Source: Amoebophrya sp. A120 (Eukaryota; Protista; Dinoflagellata). From it: a stretch of 64,000 nt of DNA. The translations under genes and the position numbers were made by a program. The notes under the pieces are model-generated. The model was not told the origin of the DNA and ran no database searches. It was given only the letters and a program-made list of their open reading frames with translations. Location: NCBI GenBank assembly GCA_905178155.1, contig CAJINV010000001.1:7137794-7201793 (forward strand), read 5' to 3'. Positions within the stretch are counted from its first letter, which is position 1. Every line of letters begins with the position of its first letter. This document shows, piece after piece, positions 26,036 to 39,800 of the stretch.

Positions 26036-29000
26036 ATGGCATTTTCGCTGCGCGGCCCCCTTTATCAATGGCCGACGGGTCGCACGGACCGCGTCACGTA
26101 CGATCGCCTTTGGGATCGGGCGCTGCACTTTCCCGACGACCAGTTCGGTTTCTACTCGGTTGATTTAGCCACGGGAACCTCGTCGTCGTCCACCAGTCCG
26201 TTCGGGGCACCAGGAGACCAACCAGCGGTGATTGCGAGGAAAGCAGATGGCGTGGAAAAAGAATATATTTCCCTCGTGCCAATCACCGAGGACAGCAACC
26301 TGGAGGTCGTTGCTGATGCGAAGTTCGCACCTGACGACCAGCACATTGCCTACGTGATCGGGCACCAGGTAGAGATGGTGTTCGGACATGATCTGCTGAT
26401 TCATTTGATTGGACGCTCTCGCCATGCATGAGATATTCGAAGATTCATGTTTGTTTCTCCACCAGAACTACAGTTTAGTTTTCCAAAAACCGCCCATTCA
26501 TCTTTCACTAGGTTTACGTGACAAACCGCAACGACATAGCGAACCGCGCACAGCCCATGGCGCTAACGCAAAAGTGGTCCACCGAGTCGCACTACGAGGT
26601 TCTCTCGTTTTTCTGGAGCCCGACCGCCTCCAGTCTGGAGCTGATCGCCGTATCGACGTGCGGAATAGAGATCTTCAAAGTGAAGTCGAACATCAAGTCT
26701 GCGCGCACCTACCAGACGCTGGCCAGGCGCGTCTGGGTGGAGCCGAAGGTTGGATTGATGGTCTGCTGCATCGGCGCGCGGACGCTCCAACCCTTCGATT
26801 TGCGACCCAAGCGGACCCCGCAGAAGCTGCCCAAGTTCGACCTGTACATCGGGAAGAGCAAGGCCATCGAGCACTTCGACGTGAATGTGCTGACGCTGTA
26901 CGGCGAAACTTATTGCGTGCATCTGGATGTGTTGCACGGGAAGGTACTCAACTGTAGTGCATATCATGACTGTTGCTATAATCCAGGTTTTTCTTTGTGA
27001 TTGTGCTGCTGAAGGAAATTGATATCTACTACTGCCTCACCAAGAAACTACGAACACCAGGTGAGTCTCCGCAACATCAGCGACGCCCGAAAATCCACCC
27101 CGGAGAACGACATCGTGTTGTCCGTCATGCCCTACACGACGATAGATCTCGTCACCGCTGAGGGCACCGTGCCCGGTCAGGCCAGCTACTTTCTCGGCGA
27201 CAAGCTACAGGACCCCGCGCCAGAGGGCGGAATTGTTTCGGAGCCAACGCGCCCACCTAACGCAGAAGAAAAAAGCAACATTCTTGCCGTCGCTGCAGCG
27301 AACAGCCCGGACGACTCCAATCAGTTTCCCTCGGACACGGCCCGCGGGCCGCTGCGCATTTCTGTGGTGGAGGATCTCCTGGTCGTGCACAGGGTCGACC
27401 GCGGTTGGAGCTGGGTCTTCGACGTGCGCCTGCCGCAATCGCAGGCGGTTGGCTTCTTCCGCTCTTTCGACGCGGCCTTCGAGTACTTGTCCAGCGACGT
27501 GGTGATCGACCGGCCGAAGGGGAGCGTGTACAAGCTACAGGTGGATGTGTGGAAGGTGATGCGGTTCTTCGAGCAAAACTACTCGTTGTGCAAAAGCCAA
27601 TTTTTGCACCTGTCGCTGGAAGAGAGCATGCTGCGCGAACAGCAGTACCTTTTGAGTTCCGCGCACCACATGCGCGCGCCCGCGACCAGCTACGAGGAAT
27701 ACCTCCGGCAGGTGGCCGCGTCTGGCTCCCGGAAGCGCGAGCGCGACGGGGGCCCGAGCGACGAGAGCGATTACCTCTCGACCTATTTGTTGCAACTGGT
27801 GCTGCGGCGACCGCGGTCGCGGGCACGGGCGGTTTTTCTCCTGGAGCGCGCCTTGGAAAACCGGTTGTCATTAGAGGAGTGGGCGCACAATTTTGCAGCG
27901 CTGAACTTGTCTTACCGGGGTGCCATCGAGCAAAGTGCGGCCGCCGCGAAACAGGAGGCCGCCACGGCAAGCAAGCAGGCCGCACAGCAGGCGGTCAACG
28001 CCGGCGGGGAGGGGAGTTCGGGCGGTGCGGGGAAGAACGGCGATAGCAAATCCTCGGAAAATAAAGGTGGCGCTTCGTCCGCAGCCGAAAACACCGCCGC
28101 GTCGGGCAGTGAAGACCCAGCCGGGGGAGGTGCGTCTAGCACCGTGGCAGCGCAGCAGAAGAAGGACAAGACGGTTTCGCTCTCCACCCTGACGTCCCAA
28201 TTGCAGGGGAAAACCATTCTGAGTGAGAAGGACGTTGTTCTAGAGGTTTTCATGCCCTTCTTCCACCGGTGCTACGGATCCTCAGCGGAGTTCTTTGTGG
28301 AACTACCGCTCGACCACGACGCTTCTGCAGAGGCGCACTCAACAATTCCTGGGGATGGCACACCAGCAAATGGAACACCAGCAAATACAACGACTGGCGC
28401 CAGCGCTACGACGTCGGCGGGCAAGACAAAAGAGCGCCGCTCCTCCTCCACCTCGACCTCGGCTGCGTGGCGAGCCTCGTACCAGCTGGAGCCACGCAAC
28501 GTGCGCCCGTTGCCAGAGGTATACGTACGCGGCAAGCCGGAGAGCTGCCCGGGCGTCCCGTGCCTCCGGTGGTCTCGCCCGAGTTCCGAGCTGCATCGCC
28601 GGGATTTCTACTACAGCACCCCTGAAGCTGCCCCCAGTCCCCTGACCGATCCGAACGGCGCGTCGTTCGCGCCGCAGCCACGGACTATGAAAAAAACGAT
28701 GAACAACACTGCCCCACCCTTGATGTCCGCCGTGCCCATCCCCGGCAATGCGCCGTACTTGTTGCAGGTGGCGCTGTCGTACCTGAACTCCCTGCTGAAC
28801 CTCCAGATTTTGCCGCACCGCATTCTGCAGTGTTTTCTGTTTGATCTCTGTGTGTACTTCGAGCAGTTCCATCTGCTGCAGCAGCTCCTCCACTACCACG
28901 TCCTGCTGGACAATCCCGACCTGTGTCGGCGCCTCGTCAGCCTCGTTCTGCAGTCCACGACGGCGTCAACGTCGAGCCCCTATCCTACACACGCAATGCT

Positions 29001-30055
29001 CCTACACGATCACGATTCGGTCGCCCCGTTTGCAGCCTCACCGAACAAAGTAGACAATAATCCTGCCTCAACTTCTACATGTTCCGCGTCGTCCCCTTAC
29101 GCGAGTTTGATAAGAGCCTGCTTGATCTCAGAGGAGGTTCTGTCATCAGATCAGCTATCGTCCTCGAGAAAAGACACCACACCTCCGCCGGCGGACAGCA
29201 AATCCACTGCGAGTCCGGACACGACGGCACAGCACGGCATTAACGTCGTCGGTTCTTCCGGCGCCGGCTCCAGCAGCACCGGGCTGTTCTTGCTGTTGCC
29301 GAACTTGCGAGCGACGGCAAGTAGCGGGTCCTTGAAGAACTACGCGACGGAGCAGCAGGGCACAGCATCTTGTGAGAACAACCCCTACTCGCCCGCAGTG
29401 CTCCAGTACCTGGAGGGGTTGCGGCGGAACCGGCAGTGGCTGACCCAGTCGGCGCTGGACATGGCGCTGCGGTTCCGCGATTTCTTCACCGTGGCGGACT
29501 GCCTCGTGCTCTCCGAGCAGTTTGTGGACGCCATTTTTCTGATCAAGCAAACCCAGCTGGCGACCTACCCGCTGGCGCACCTGCTGGAGCGCGTGTTCCA
29601 GCGCATCCTGGCGCATCTCGCCCGCGAGTTGGCCGCGGAACCCGAAACTGCGGAGGAGGAGCAAGATTTCGTGGCGCTGTTGGAAAAGCTCTGCGCCGCT
29701 CTCGTCGAGGTGGAGGACGGGGGCGAGTCTCGCGTGCTGCTGAAGGTATGATTTTATGCGGACTTGCTAGTTGCCCGAAGCAACACCATAAACAGACTTT
29801 TGACTCTTCGTTTGTAGCATTTCGACTGAAGATTCTCGTCGCTAAAAGCGCACTCTACCTCGAAATTCTTAAAAACAGGAAAATGGGGAAAAGTGTCGAA
29901 GTCCCGATCTTTTCCGGTATGTTGGCGTGTGGCGCAGCTGTTTGCGCGAAATCTACCTGTGGCAGCAGCAGGCCACGTCGGCGACTGACGAGGAGCCGCT
30001 GCTACCGCCCAACATCTCCGGCTGCGAAGTTTTTGGACTGGTGGCGGCGAACTGA
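26036..30055 (+). CDS. RMC1: RMC1/Mic1 (C18orf8, regulator of MON1-CCZ1) homologue with low-complexity insertions
   Basis: KLPKFDL, ISVVEDLLVVH....SWVFDVR, LQQLLHYHVLLD and QSALDMALR resemble conserved Mic1 blocks (recalled, not searched). Exons ~26036-26368, 26512-26943, 27061-29745, 29879-30055. Confidence 0.7.
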
Positions 30056-30886
30056 CGCGTAGCCAGGATGGATGATGATCCCGCACCGGGTTCGATGATG
30101 TTTCAACTCCAAAAAGCGACAAGCGACAACCCTGAGATGGGAGCAGGATGGTGAGCGACGTACCTATAATACTAGGTACACACGAGGAGGATCATGACTA
30201 CGCGTATTTTGGTATTACATGTCGGCGCAGACGCGCGATCATGCGAAGCAAAAACTTAACTAACCGAAGACTCAGGGCGCTTTTTGCCTGTACTCTTCGT
30301 TCACCAACAGGTGTGATTACGGATCTGTTGTTCTGCGTGCTTCACAAATCGAACTACCTGTGTGGGGTCAACAGGAGTCCGCTGGATAATTGTGCGGCCG
30401 AAAAAAGACGGGGGGGGGGAGAGGCAATTTTAACCACGGCAGAGACCACGAGAGAAAAGCTTGAGCGAGTAGAGTTGAAGTATGTTCTGAGCTGGATGAA
30501 ATTGACCAAAGGTTTTCTTGATCTTCATCTTCCACCATCGCTTCAAAACTGCATGATGTTAAGAGCACGCAGTTTTATGTACTGAACGTAAAACAACACC
30601 AGTCATGACACACCTGCCTGGTGCTGTCGTTTTCCGCTTCTCGCAAGTGAGCGGCGACACAACGCGGGCAGGATTGTGGTCCGCTTTGTTGCGGAAGCAA
30701 CTCAAGGCACTGTCGCCTGCTTGATTTGCGTCCTCACATGGGCCGCATGCAGCGACGCAGTAGTCGTCTGTCGTTCTTCGGCTGCGCCAGCGCGGCCAGT
30801 ACGACGTGGTCATCGTGGTGCTTTTGTCTGTGATTGCTGCACCAGAACGCCACCAAACCTACACGTACTGGCGCTTTCAAGAAAAG

Positions 30887-33800
30887 ATGGCACAACCTTG
30901 GCGCGCGCCGTTGCAGCACCCTCCTTGCTGGGCCCTCGCGTGCATGATGTTTGTGCTCCACTACGCCATGTCGAATATGATTCTCACAAGAGCCGTCGAC
31001 CGGGTCCTACTCCGGTCACAGGAGCGTGAAACGGCTGGGCGGGCTTTCGCAGAACTCGATGCAGGAGGTGCGGAAGTGGAGATGCTCGGAAGTACTAGCG
31101 CTTTGAACACGGAGGATGTGAAGGAAGAGGTGGAACCAGAAGCGAAATTTGAAGAAGAGCACTACGAGAAAGCCACTGCGTCGAGTCATCGGGGTGGCAA
31201 CAAGCGACAGAAAATATTGTCATCCGAAGGCGGCCGTAGTAGAACCTCGTCCACAAGAGTGGATAGAATAGATCGACGCCACGACCGGCCCCCGGCTGCA
31301 CCCTTGGAGCGCAGTACGACTGTCGTGTCTTCTCAAGAACAGACGAAACTGGTTCACCACGCGGAAACAAGTTCTTCGCCCGTTGTCGGGAAATGCAAAA
31401 CAGACGAAATTGGATACACCCGCTACCCTGGTTCCTGGGTTGATGTGGACCGGTACAGCATGATTGGGGCGATGTGCTTCGACGTCTCAAGCCCGCCCGA
31501 CGACAAAGCAGAAAGCGTGTGCCGCGCCCTCTGTGACGCGAAGCGGCAGAAACCGGGCGAGGACTGCCGCGGGTACGAAGTGTGGCAAGCCATGTACGAC
31601 GGCCAAGTAGCCGGGAGCAAGTGTTACCTCTACCGCAAAGACATTTTCACCCGGAGAACTAGGGATGGCTTCAAGGAGCCTTGCTTTAACGAGCGGGTGC
31701 ACACGGGTCTAGGCGAGTACAGCGACGACGTCGCGGCACGCACCTTCAAGTACGATAGAAGCGTGGTTTCGGCGCGGTATTGCGACGGTGGCGCAGAATT
31801 TATCCTGCCTTGTCCGGGCCAAGCGCTGCCTTTATCCAACGCAGCACCTGTGACTACTCCTGTCGCGAAGGACCTAGGCCGGCCCGCAGGCCTGGAGCGC
31901 GTTTGTCGGTGCAGCGGCCTTGCGTACTGCGGGCCGATTGACTACCGCGCGCCGATCACCGCGCCGGAGGACCTTTCCGGAGCATGGCCGACGCTGTCGG
32001 GGAAAAAACAGCTTCCGTGCGGCGTGTGCGGCAGCGACGAGGGCTTCTACGAGTCGGACGGCTGTTGGCTGAAGGGTACGAGCTCCACAGGGACCGACCT
32101 CCACCGGGCCTTCTACGCCCCGGGCACGACGACACCCGATCCTGGCGCTCCAACCGTGCTGCGCCCGGTCATCGTGGTCGAGGGCGGAGACACGGTGCTC
32201 GCCGCCGTGAAGGGTTCGCCGCTCTGGACGGAGATCGAAAGCGGAAAAAAAGCCACGCAAAAAGGCTGCGAAGAACTGTGTGAACTTCACGGTGCCTGCT
32301 ACGGGTACGAGTATTGGCACGATCTCGGGAAGGACCTGTATATCCACGACGAGAGTACGGAGCAGGCCAATCCGTACAAGAACAACCAGTGCTGGCTGTT
32401 CTTGGCGGACGTGTGGGGCGCAGCGGCGGACACGGCGGCGGGGCAGTGCTGGAACAAGCGCGTCATGTTCGGCATTTGGACGCCGTTGACCAAGGTGACC
32501 ACGGCGCGCAACTGCAGACAGACGCTCGGCACCACGTCGCCCACCCCGTGCCCGCTTGCCAGCGCCCCGTTTTTCTTGCCTCTCGGAGCGCCCGTTATTC
32601 CCGAAGGGGATAAGTGGCTGTACGTGAAAGACCACCCGGTCTGGGCAGGCGGATTGGAGGAGAAGTGCTACCCGTGCGGCTCCAGTCAATGGCTTTCGAG
32701 AACGTCGACGTCCACGCGGGAGAAGTGCGGGTATTCGTATGGGCACCCGCAAGACGATGCGTGCGTGTTTCTTCCGCACGACTTAAGTAGCGTGGACGGG
32801 GGGAGTTATCGGCCCGTGGAATGGACCGTCACCCATCAGGACCTCACAGATCCGACGAACAGGACCACACTTGCGGATTGCAAAAAAGCGTGCGACAACA
32901 AGGGGCGAGCGAACGAGGACTACCTTTGTTCGGGCATCGTGTTCCTGGACGGCAAGGACGACCGGCGCGAGCCCCTGTGCGGGCTGCTGGCCGAGCCGGT
33001 GCAGCTCATGCACGGGGGCGACACCATGGTGAACCACAAGTCGCAGCTGTTTCTGTTGGATTCGGACCAAGCCATCGGGTCCGGCTTTCACCACGTGCAC
33101 CACCGCTGCGACAACCAGGCGGCGACGTGCAAGGTCTGCAGACGGCTGTCACATTTTAAAATCATCGTTGCTACCGATTGCACGACCACGACGACTACCA
33201 ACAGCAAAACTGATCTGCTGTAAGTACTTGACGCCTATTAAGAAAGTATTTTTTCAGGAGCAAAAATTGCGAATAGTGCGTGCGGGTTTTCTCACTATGT
33301 TGCGAACAAACTCGACGACAAAGAGGAGCGTGAACAAATAAATTTACAAATAAAGAGCCAACGTGCGGCGATAGAAGTACTTACTTTTGCTGTGCATACC
33401 GACCACCACCACTACCTCGTCGACCCAAGGCCCCGTCTGCGGGCGGTGCACGGTGCCCGGATACAACCGCTACCCCGGGTGCTCCGTGGACGTGCAGGCA
33501 CCCAAGATGCACAGGGAGGTGTGCTACGCGAGTGACGTCTCCAAATATTACGCTGATACCATTGAGGAGGAGTGCCAAAAGTTGTGCGACACCGAGCGAG
33601 CGAATGCGTTCGCGGGTACTACCCCACCAACCCAGACAGCGCAGACCTGCCTCGGCTACGAAGTGAGGTGGAACATCCACCCGGGAGAAAACCCAACGAA
33701 GCTATGAGATTGGACATTGCCCTCTTCCCAGTTTTCATACATTTGTCAACTTCTACAGAAGCAGAGCGGAACAATCCCTGTGTGCTGTCGCTCGGAGTTG

Positions 33801-36800
33801 TAGATGGTGCTTGTCAGCATGACAAGCTGCGGCAGCTCACTTAGCGGGTACGTACCATGACAATGCTTTGTAGACTGACGTCAATTTTTGTTGACTGTTG
33901 TCCTCGCACCACAAGGATCATACATGAGTTTCCCTTATCCTGCCGCTCCCCAAATGAAAGCAGGGAGTAGAGCTGCGGTTGTCCAGCACGGGTATAGAGG
34001 AAGCGCTGGTGCTATTTGCATATAGCGGACGTGTGGCAGGGAGAGCCCGAAGAGGAGTACGCCGGGATGCCGGAGATTCATCCGGTGCTGTGCTGGAACG
34101 ACCGGGTGCGCACGGGGTTGGGCCGGTACACCGACGGCTCCGAAGAAGAGAGCCTTTTCGTGGACGATTTCAGTGTGGTGTCTGCGCGTTGGTGCGAAAC
34201 CGGAAACGAGCCCGACCCGGTCGGCTGCCCGGATTCACAGCAACCCGGTGGCCAGCAGCTGCCCATGCCGTTCTCTACCGACCAGTACCGGCCGCTCGCA
34301 GGGACACACAAGCAAAACCGCGGGGACGACGTGTGTGTGTGCGACAGAACGTTCTTGGTTATGTGCGGCCTGAAAAGCTACAACGCGCCGCGAATGTCCT
34401 ATGAAAACCTCGCTTTGACGGGGGGACTGACCGAGTCGGGGAAAACGCAGCTGCCGTGCGGAATCTGTGGCGCCCAGGAGGGCTTCTACGAGTCGGATGG
34501 CTGCTTCCTGGAGGAAACGCGAGGGACGGGCGTCGACATCCGGCGCATCTTCTACGGGCACGGGACCGTGACAGACGGAGGGTTGCCGGAGATCACGGTG
34601 GAGGGAGACAGCGTGTGGCCCGGCGACCAGGCGTTTTCCGACTTGAAGGCGCAAATCAGCACCGGGGCGTTGGCCACCCAGGCGGGCTGCGAAGCGCTGT
34701 GCCAGCTGCAGAGCCGAAACTGCTTCGGCTACGAGTACTGGCATAACGTCGGCAAAGACCTGTACCTGTTCGACGCGCAGGCGGACATCGCAAACCCCTG
34801 GAAAAACAACCAGTGCTGGCTGTTCCTCTCCGACGTGTGGGGCGCGCAGGCGGACGCAGCCTCCGGTGTAGCGGCTGGCCAGGGGCAGAGGCCCCTGTGT
34901 TGGAACTACCGCGCAAAGATGGGCGTCTGGACGCCGATAACAAAGGTGACGACCGCCCGCAACTGCCGTGCGGCCCTGGGGACGGACCCCCCAATCAGCT
35001 GCAGCTCCGGCTGGTATCACCCCCTCGGCGCCCCCATCGCACCCACCATGGGTTTGTGGCAATACAAGCATCTCGAGTGTTACCCCTGCGGCAAGAACAA
35101 GGAACGCTGCGGCAAGTCCTACGGGCCCGGTTTGGACCACAATTGCCTGTTCTTTGCGGACAATCTGGCACAGGTGGACGCAGCGACGTACGCACCGGTG
35201 TTGTGGGCAAAAACGTTTTCGCAAGGCGTTCAAGATCTGGGCAGGCAGGCAACCATGAGCTACTGCCACAAAACGTGCAGCGACGCGGGTTACATATACA
35301 AGAACGGAGTCCGGCACAAAAAGTGCCAAGGCTTCTTCTCTGTGGAGACGGCCCGGACCGTCGCGACCCGATGTGCGGCCTGCTTTTGGAGTCAGTGGCG
35401 AAATACCGACAGGATGGGGGTGGCACGGTCGTGGAGTTCGTGACCCCAGCGACGGCGGAGCGCGGAGCGAGCCTGCCGCGCGCGAACCCGTCGCGCCTGC
35501 TTCCCTACCAGATGGGGGGCCTCTACCACCGGTGCGACAGCCAGGCTGCGCTTTGCGAGATCTGCGGAAGATACAGTGTGTACGGCGAAGTGCCCGCGAG
35601 CGATTGCCCCATCATCGAGAGTCAGACTCCTGCTCCAACAACGCCAGCAGGGACCTTCCAGTCACTTCCCACGTCCCCGTTCCAGCCACTTCCCACGACA
35701 CCGCCGTCTCCCACGACACAGGCGCCAACCACCACACTCCCGAGCCGTGACTGCGTCGGCTCGTGGAGCGTGGTGGACTGGAAGGCGCAGTGCAAGGGAA
35801 AGGGAGAGACCGTGACGCGAGAGTACACGCAGACTGTCACTGCCGCGAATGGGGGCGCGGCCTGCGAATTCGAGGATGGCCAGGTACAAACCAACGTGTG
35901 CCCGACGGACTGCGTTGGTTCGTGGAGCGTGGTGGACTGGAAGGCGCAGTGCAAGGGCAAAGGAGAGACCGTGACGCGAGAGTACACGCAAACTGTCACG
36001 GCCGAGAATGGGGGCGCGGCCTGCGAATTCGAGGATGGCCAGGTACAAACCAACACGTGCCCGACGGACTGCGTTGGCTCGTGGAGCGTCGCAGACTTGC
36101 AAGCGCAGTGCAAGGGAAAGGGAGAGACCGTGACGCGAGAGTACACGCAGACCGTCACTGCCGCGAATGGGGGCGCGGCCTGCGAATTCGACGATGGGCA
36201 GGTACAAACCAACGTGTGCCCGACGGACTGCGTCGGCTCGTGGAGCGTCGCAGACCTGCAAGCGCAGTGCAAAGGAAAAGGGGAAACGGTCAAGCGGAAA
36301 TACACACACACTGTCCCTGCAGCGAATGGCGGTGTCGCTTGTGATTTCCAGGAAGGCTTCGTCCAGGTCGAGACGTGTCCGACGGATTGCGTTGGCTCTT
36401 GGGATGTCGCTACTCTCGCGACGCTTCGCAAGAAATGCAGCGGGGAAGGGGAGACCCTGACGCGAACCTATACGCAGAGCGTGCCTGCGGTGGACGGCGG
36501 CGTCCCTTGCGATACGGCGCACAACGCGGTCGAGAGCGTTTTGTGTCCGACGGACTGCCAGGGATCCTGGAATGTTGTCTCGACGCAGGCGCTGCGGGAG
36601 CAGTGCACGGGTGCGGGGGAGCGGTTAAGCCGGGTTTTTACCCGCACCCGTGCGGCGTCAACGGACACCGAACCTCCCGGGGTAGAGTGCGACTACAAAG
36701 ACGGGCAGAAAGACAGCATCACCTGCGCGCTGCACCACTGCGTGTGCGACCATGGGAAGGAAGCAACCGGCGCCGGTTGCGACGCCGATGGTAGCACGCC

Positions 36801-39800
36801 GGGATGCGCGCTGGGGAAGTGCCACGCGGGCTACCACTCGACGAACTCCACCACTGTCCCTGTCTCGTTGACGTGCGCACCGAATGAATGCACGTGCCCG
36901 CACGGAACGCACGAAGTTGGAACGCCCTGCGCGCCGGATGGCACCACGCCCGGTTGCACGGCCTGCACCGCGCCGGGATACCACCTGACCCCGGGCACAG
37001 GCGGGAGCTTGAATGTGTGTACCCCGCTCCAGTGCGTTTGCCCGCACGGGGACGCCGCGGCCGGGGTCGGCTGTGATCCGGATAAGACCGTAGAGAAGTG
37101 CACGGCGTGCACCGCCGCCGGATACCACTTTAACTCCGGAACTAGCAAGTGCGACGAGAACCAGTGCACGTGCGACAACGGAAGCGGCGCGGTGGGCCTC
37201 GCGTGCACCCAGGACGGCAGCCACGTCTGCAGCACCTGTGAGGATGGGTACCACAAGAGCCAAGACGCGAAGTGCGTGGAAAATGTTTGTACCTGCGAGC
37301 GGGGCACCCCGCTTACGGGCCCGCCGACGTGTCTGGCGCACGATGTGACGCCGGGCTGCGCCTCCTGCGATGCAGATTACGACCAAGTTGGCATCGTGTG
37401 CGAAACCACGACGACCACGACCACAACCCCGGGCGACCACGAAGGGGCGTTCGGGATCGGCGTCGCTCCGAAGACCGCTGCCGCCTTCAGCATTTTGTCG
37501 CAGCTGGTCGGCTGGGCAGCCGCGAAAACGCGGCGGCACCATGTAGCAAGCACGACGACGCCTAGTGTTGAAGATTCGGTGAACAGTCCGGAGTTTCAAT
37601 ACGCTATCAGAAAAGGCATTGCCGACTACACCAACCAGCAGATATCGGACGTCAGCCTGCACATTGACCAGTCGCAAGTGGAAAACGTAACCATCGTGGA
37701 CGAGGGTTCATCTACTAGTAGCACAAGCTTCTTGATGTTATCTGCTGCCCATAATAGTACAATACCAGACTCTAGTACTTCTCGCAGTGCAGGTGAGGTG
37801 CAGAGGAGGACCGCCGCTGCTCGTCCCGAGAGGTCGACTCTCAGCAACGCCAGCTCCATTGTCAGTGTGATGCAGAGGTTCAAAAGCGACGCACAGGAGA
37901 CCGTGGAGGTGACCTTTCACATCAACACAACCTCCGAGGAACAGGCGTGGGCAGTAAACGACGTGTGGAAGGTATCCAAGTATGGCTACTGGGCATTGCT
38001 CGTGAGCAGTTGACACAACGCTGGTCGCCTACCGGGGGCCGCGGTTGTGCCCCGTGCATGTGAAACGGAAAAAGTTCGAAGAATTTTTTCCCGACAAACG
38101 TTGTAGGTAAGCACGATCACTTTCGACCACCCAGGCATTATTTTGCTAGCCAGTATATGCGTCGTGCACGGCGATAGTAGATAGACCAAATGCACTGCTG
38201 ATCGTTGCAGCAATACCCTCCCTCTTTGCATAGTGTTTTGTGAAGGAGGGCACTGACGAATACGGGGCAATGGTGGGGGTGCAGAAGGATGAGATTGTGG
38301 CCCAGAACATAACTGGACTGGAAATCATTGAAATTACCACTACCAGCACGACTACATCCACTAGCACCACGACAACCACCACAACTACGACCACCACGGT
38401 AGACTGTGTTGGTTCGTGGAACGTGACCGACTTGCAGGCGCAGTGCACCGGGCAGGGGGAAACCGTGACGCGAATTTTCACCCACACCATCGCTGCCGCG
38501 GGCGGCGCGCCGTGCGCCCACGAGCACGAGGAAACGGAGAGCATCACGTGCCCCGCCAACTGCGTCGGCTCCTGGGACGTGGCTTCCACCGAGGCGCTAC
38601 GGGCGCAGTGCACCGGAGCGGGGGAAACCCTGACCCGAACATACACACAAACCGTAGTCGCGGCGAACGGCGGCACCGCTTGTACGGAGGAAAATGGCAA
38701 GACGGACGTGGTCGTGTGCCCGACTGACTGTCTGGGCTCCTGGAGCGTGGCCTCCGAGGAGGCGCTGCGGAATCAGTGCGCGGGGAACGGGGAGGTGGTC
38801 TCCCGGAACTACACGCAAACCAGGCAGCCGGCGAACGGTGGCGCCGCCTGCGAGGCGGCGGATGGCGAGACGCAGGACATCATTTGTGGGCGGGACTGCG
38901 TGGGTTCCTGGGACGTTGTTTCTCTCGAGGCGCTCCGGGCCCAGTGCACGGGGGCTGGGGAGACTCTGACCCGGACCTACACGCACACCAAGCCGGCGTT
39001 AAACGGGGGCACGGACTGCACGACGGCGCACGGCACAACGGAGGACGTGTTGTGTCCGACCAACTGCGTCGGCACTTGGGATGTCGAGACGCTGGAGCAG
39101 CTGCGAAACCAGTGCACCGGGGCGGGAGAGACGCTTACTCGGACGTACTTGCAGAGCGTGGTTGCATCCACCAACCCCGCCGGTGCAGCTTGCGCCCACC
39201 CGAACGGCGAGACCGAGTCGGTTGCGTGTGCGCTGCATCACTGCAAGTGCGACAACGGCGAGGAGGAGACTGGGCCGACGTGCAACGCGCTGGGCACCAC
39301 TATCGGCTGTCTACAGGACCAGTGCCACGCCGGGTATCATGCAGTGGAGAGTACCTCCGAGGCGGGCCGCTTCACCTGCGAGGTCAACCGGTGTTTCTGT
39401 GACAAGGGAGCGCACGCCACGGGGCCGGAGTGCGCAGCGGATGGGACGACGGAAAAATGCACGGCGTGTTCCGAACCCGGGTACGGGCTCAGCGGGGACG
39501 AGTGCACGCTTTTGCAGTGCGTCTGTCCTCATGGCGTGCCGGCGACGGGAATTGACTGTGAACCGGACGGCACAGTGGAGATGTGCACCAAGTGCACTGC
39601 GGTCGGGTTCCATTTGAACGCTGGCACGAGCAAGTGCGATCAAAACGTGTGCACCTGCGACACCGGGGGATCGCCTGCGACGGGGGAGGCCTGCACGACA
39701 GACGGTGCCCATTTGTGCAGCAGCTGCGAAGACGGATTCCACGCAACGGCAGAGGACAAATGCGTAGCGAATGCATGCACGTGTGACCACGGGACGGCCT

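Noticed and set aside
37972-38245. Intron flanked by the direct repeat GAAGG as a possible old introner
   Set aside because: It has a normal GT-AG register and no convincing terminal inverted repeat.
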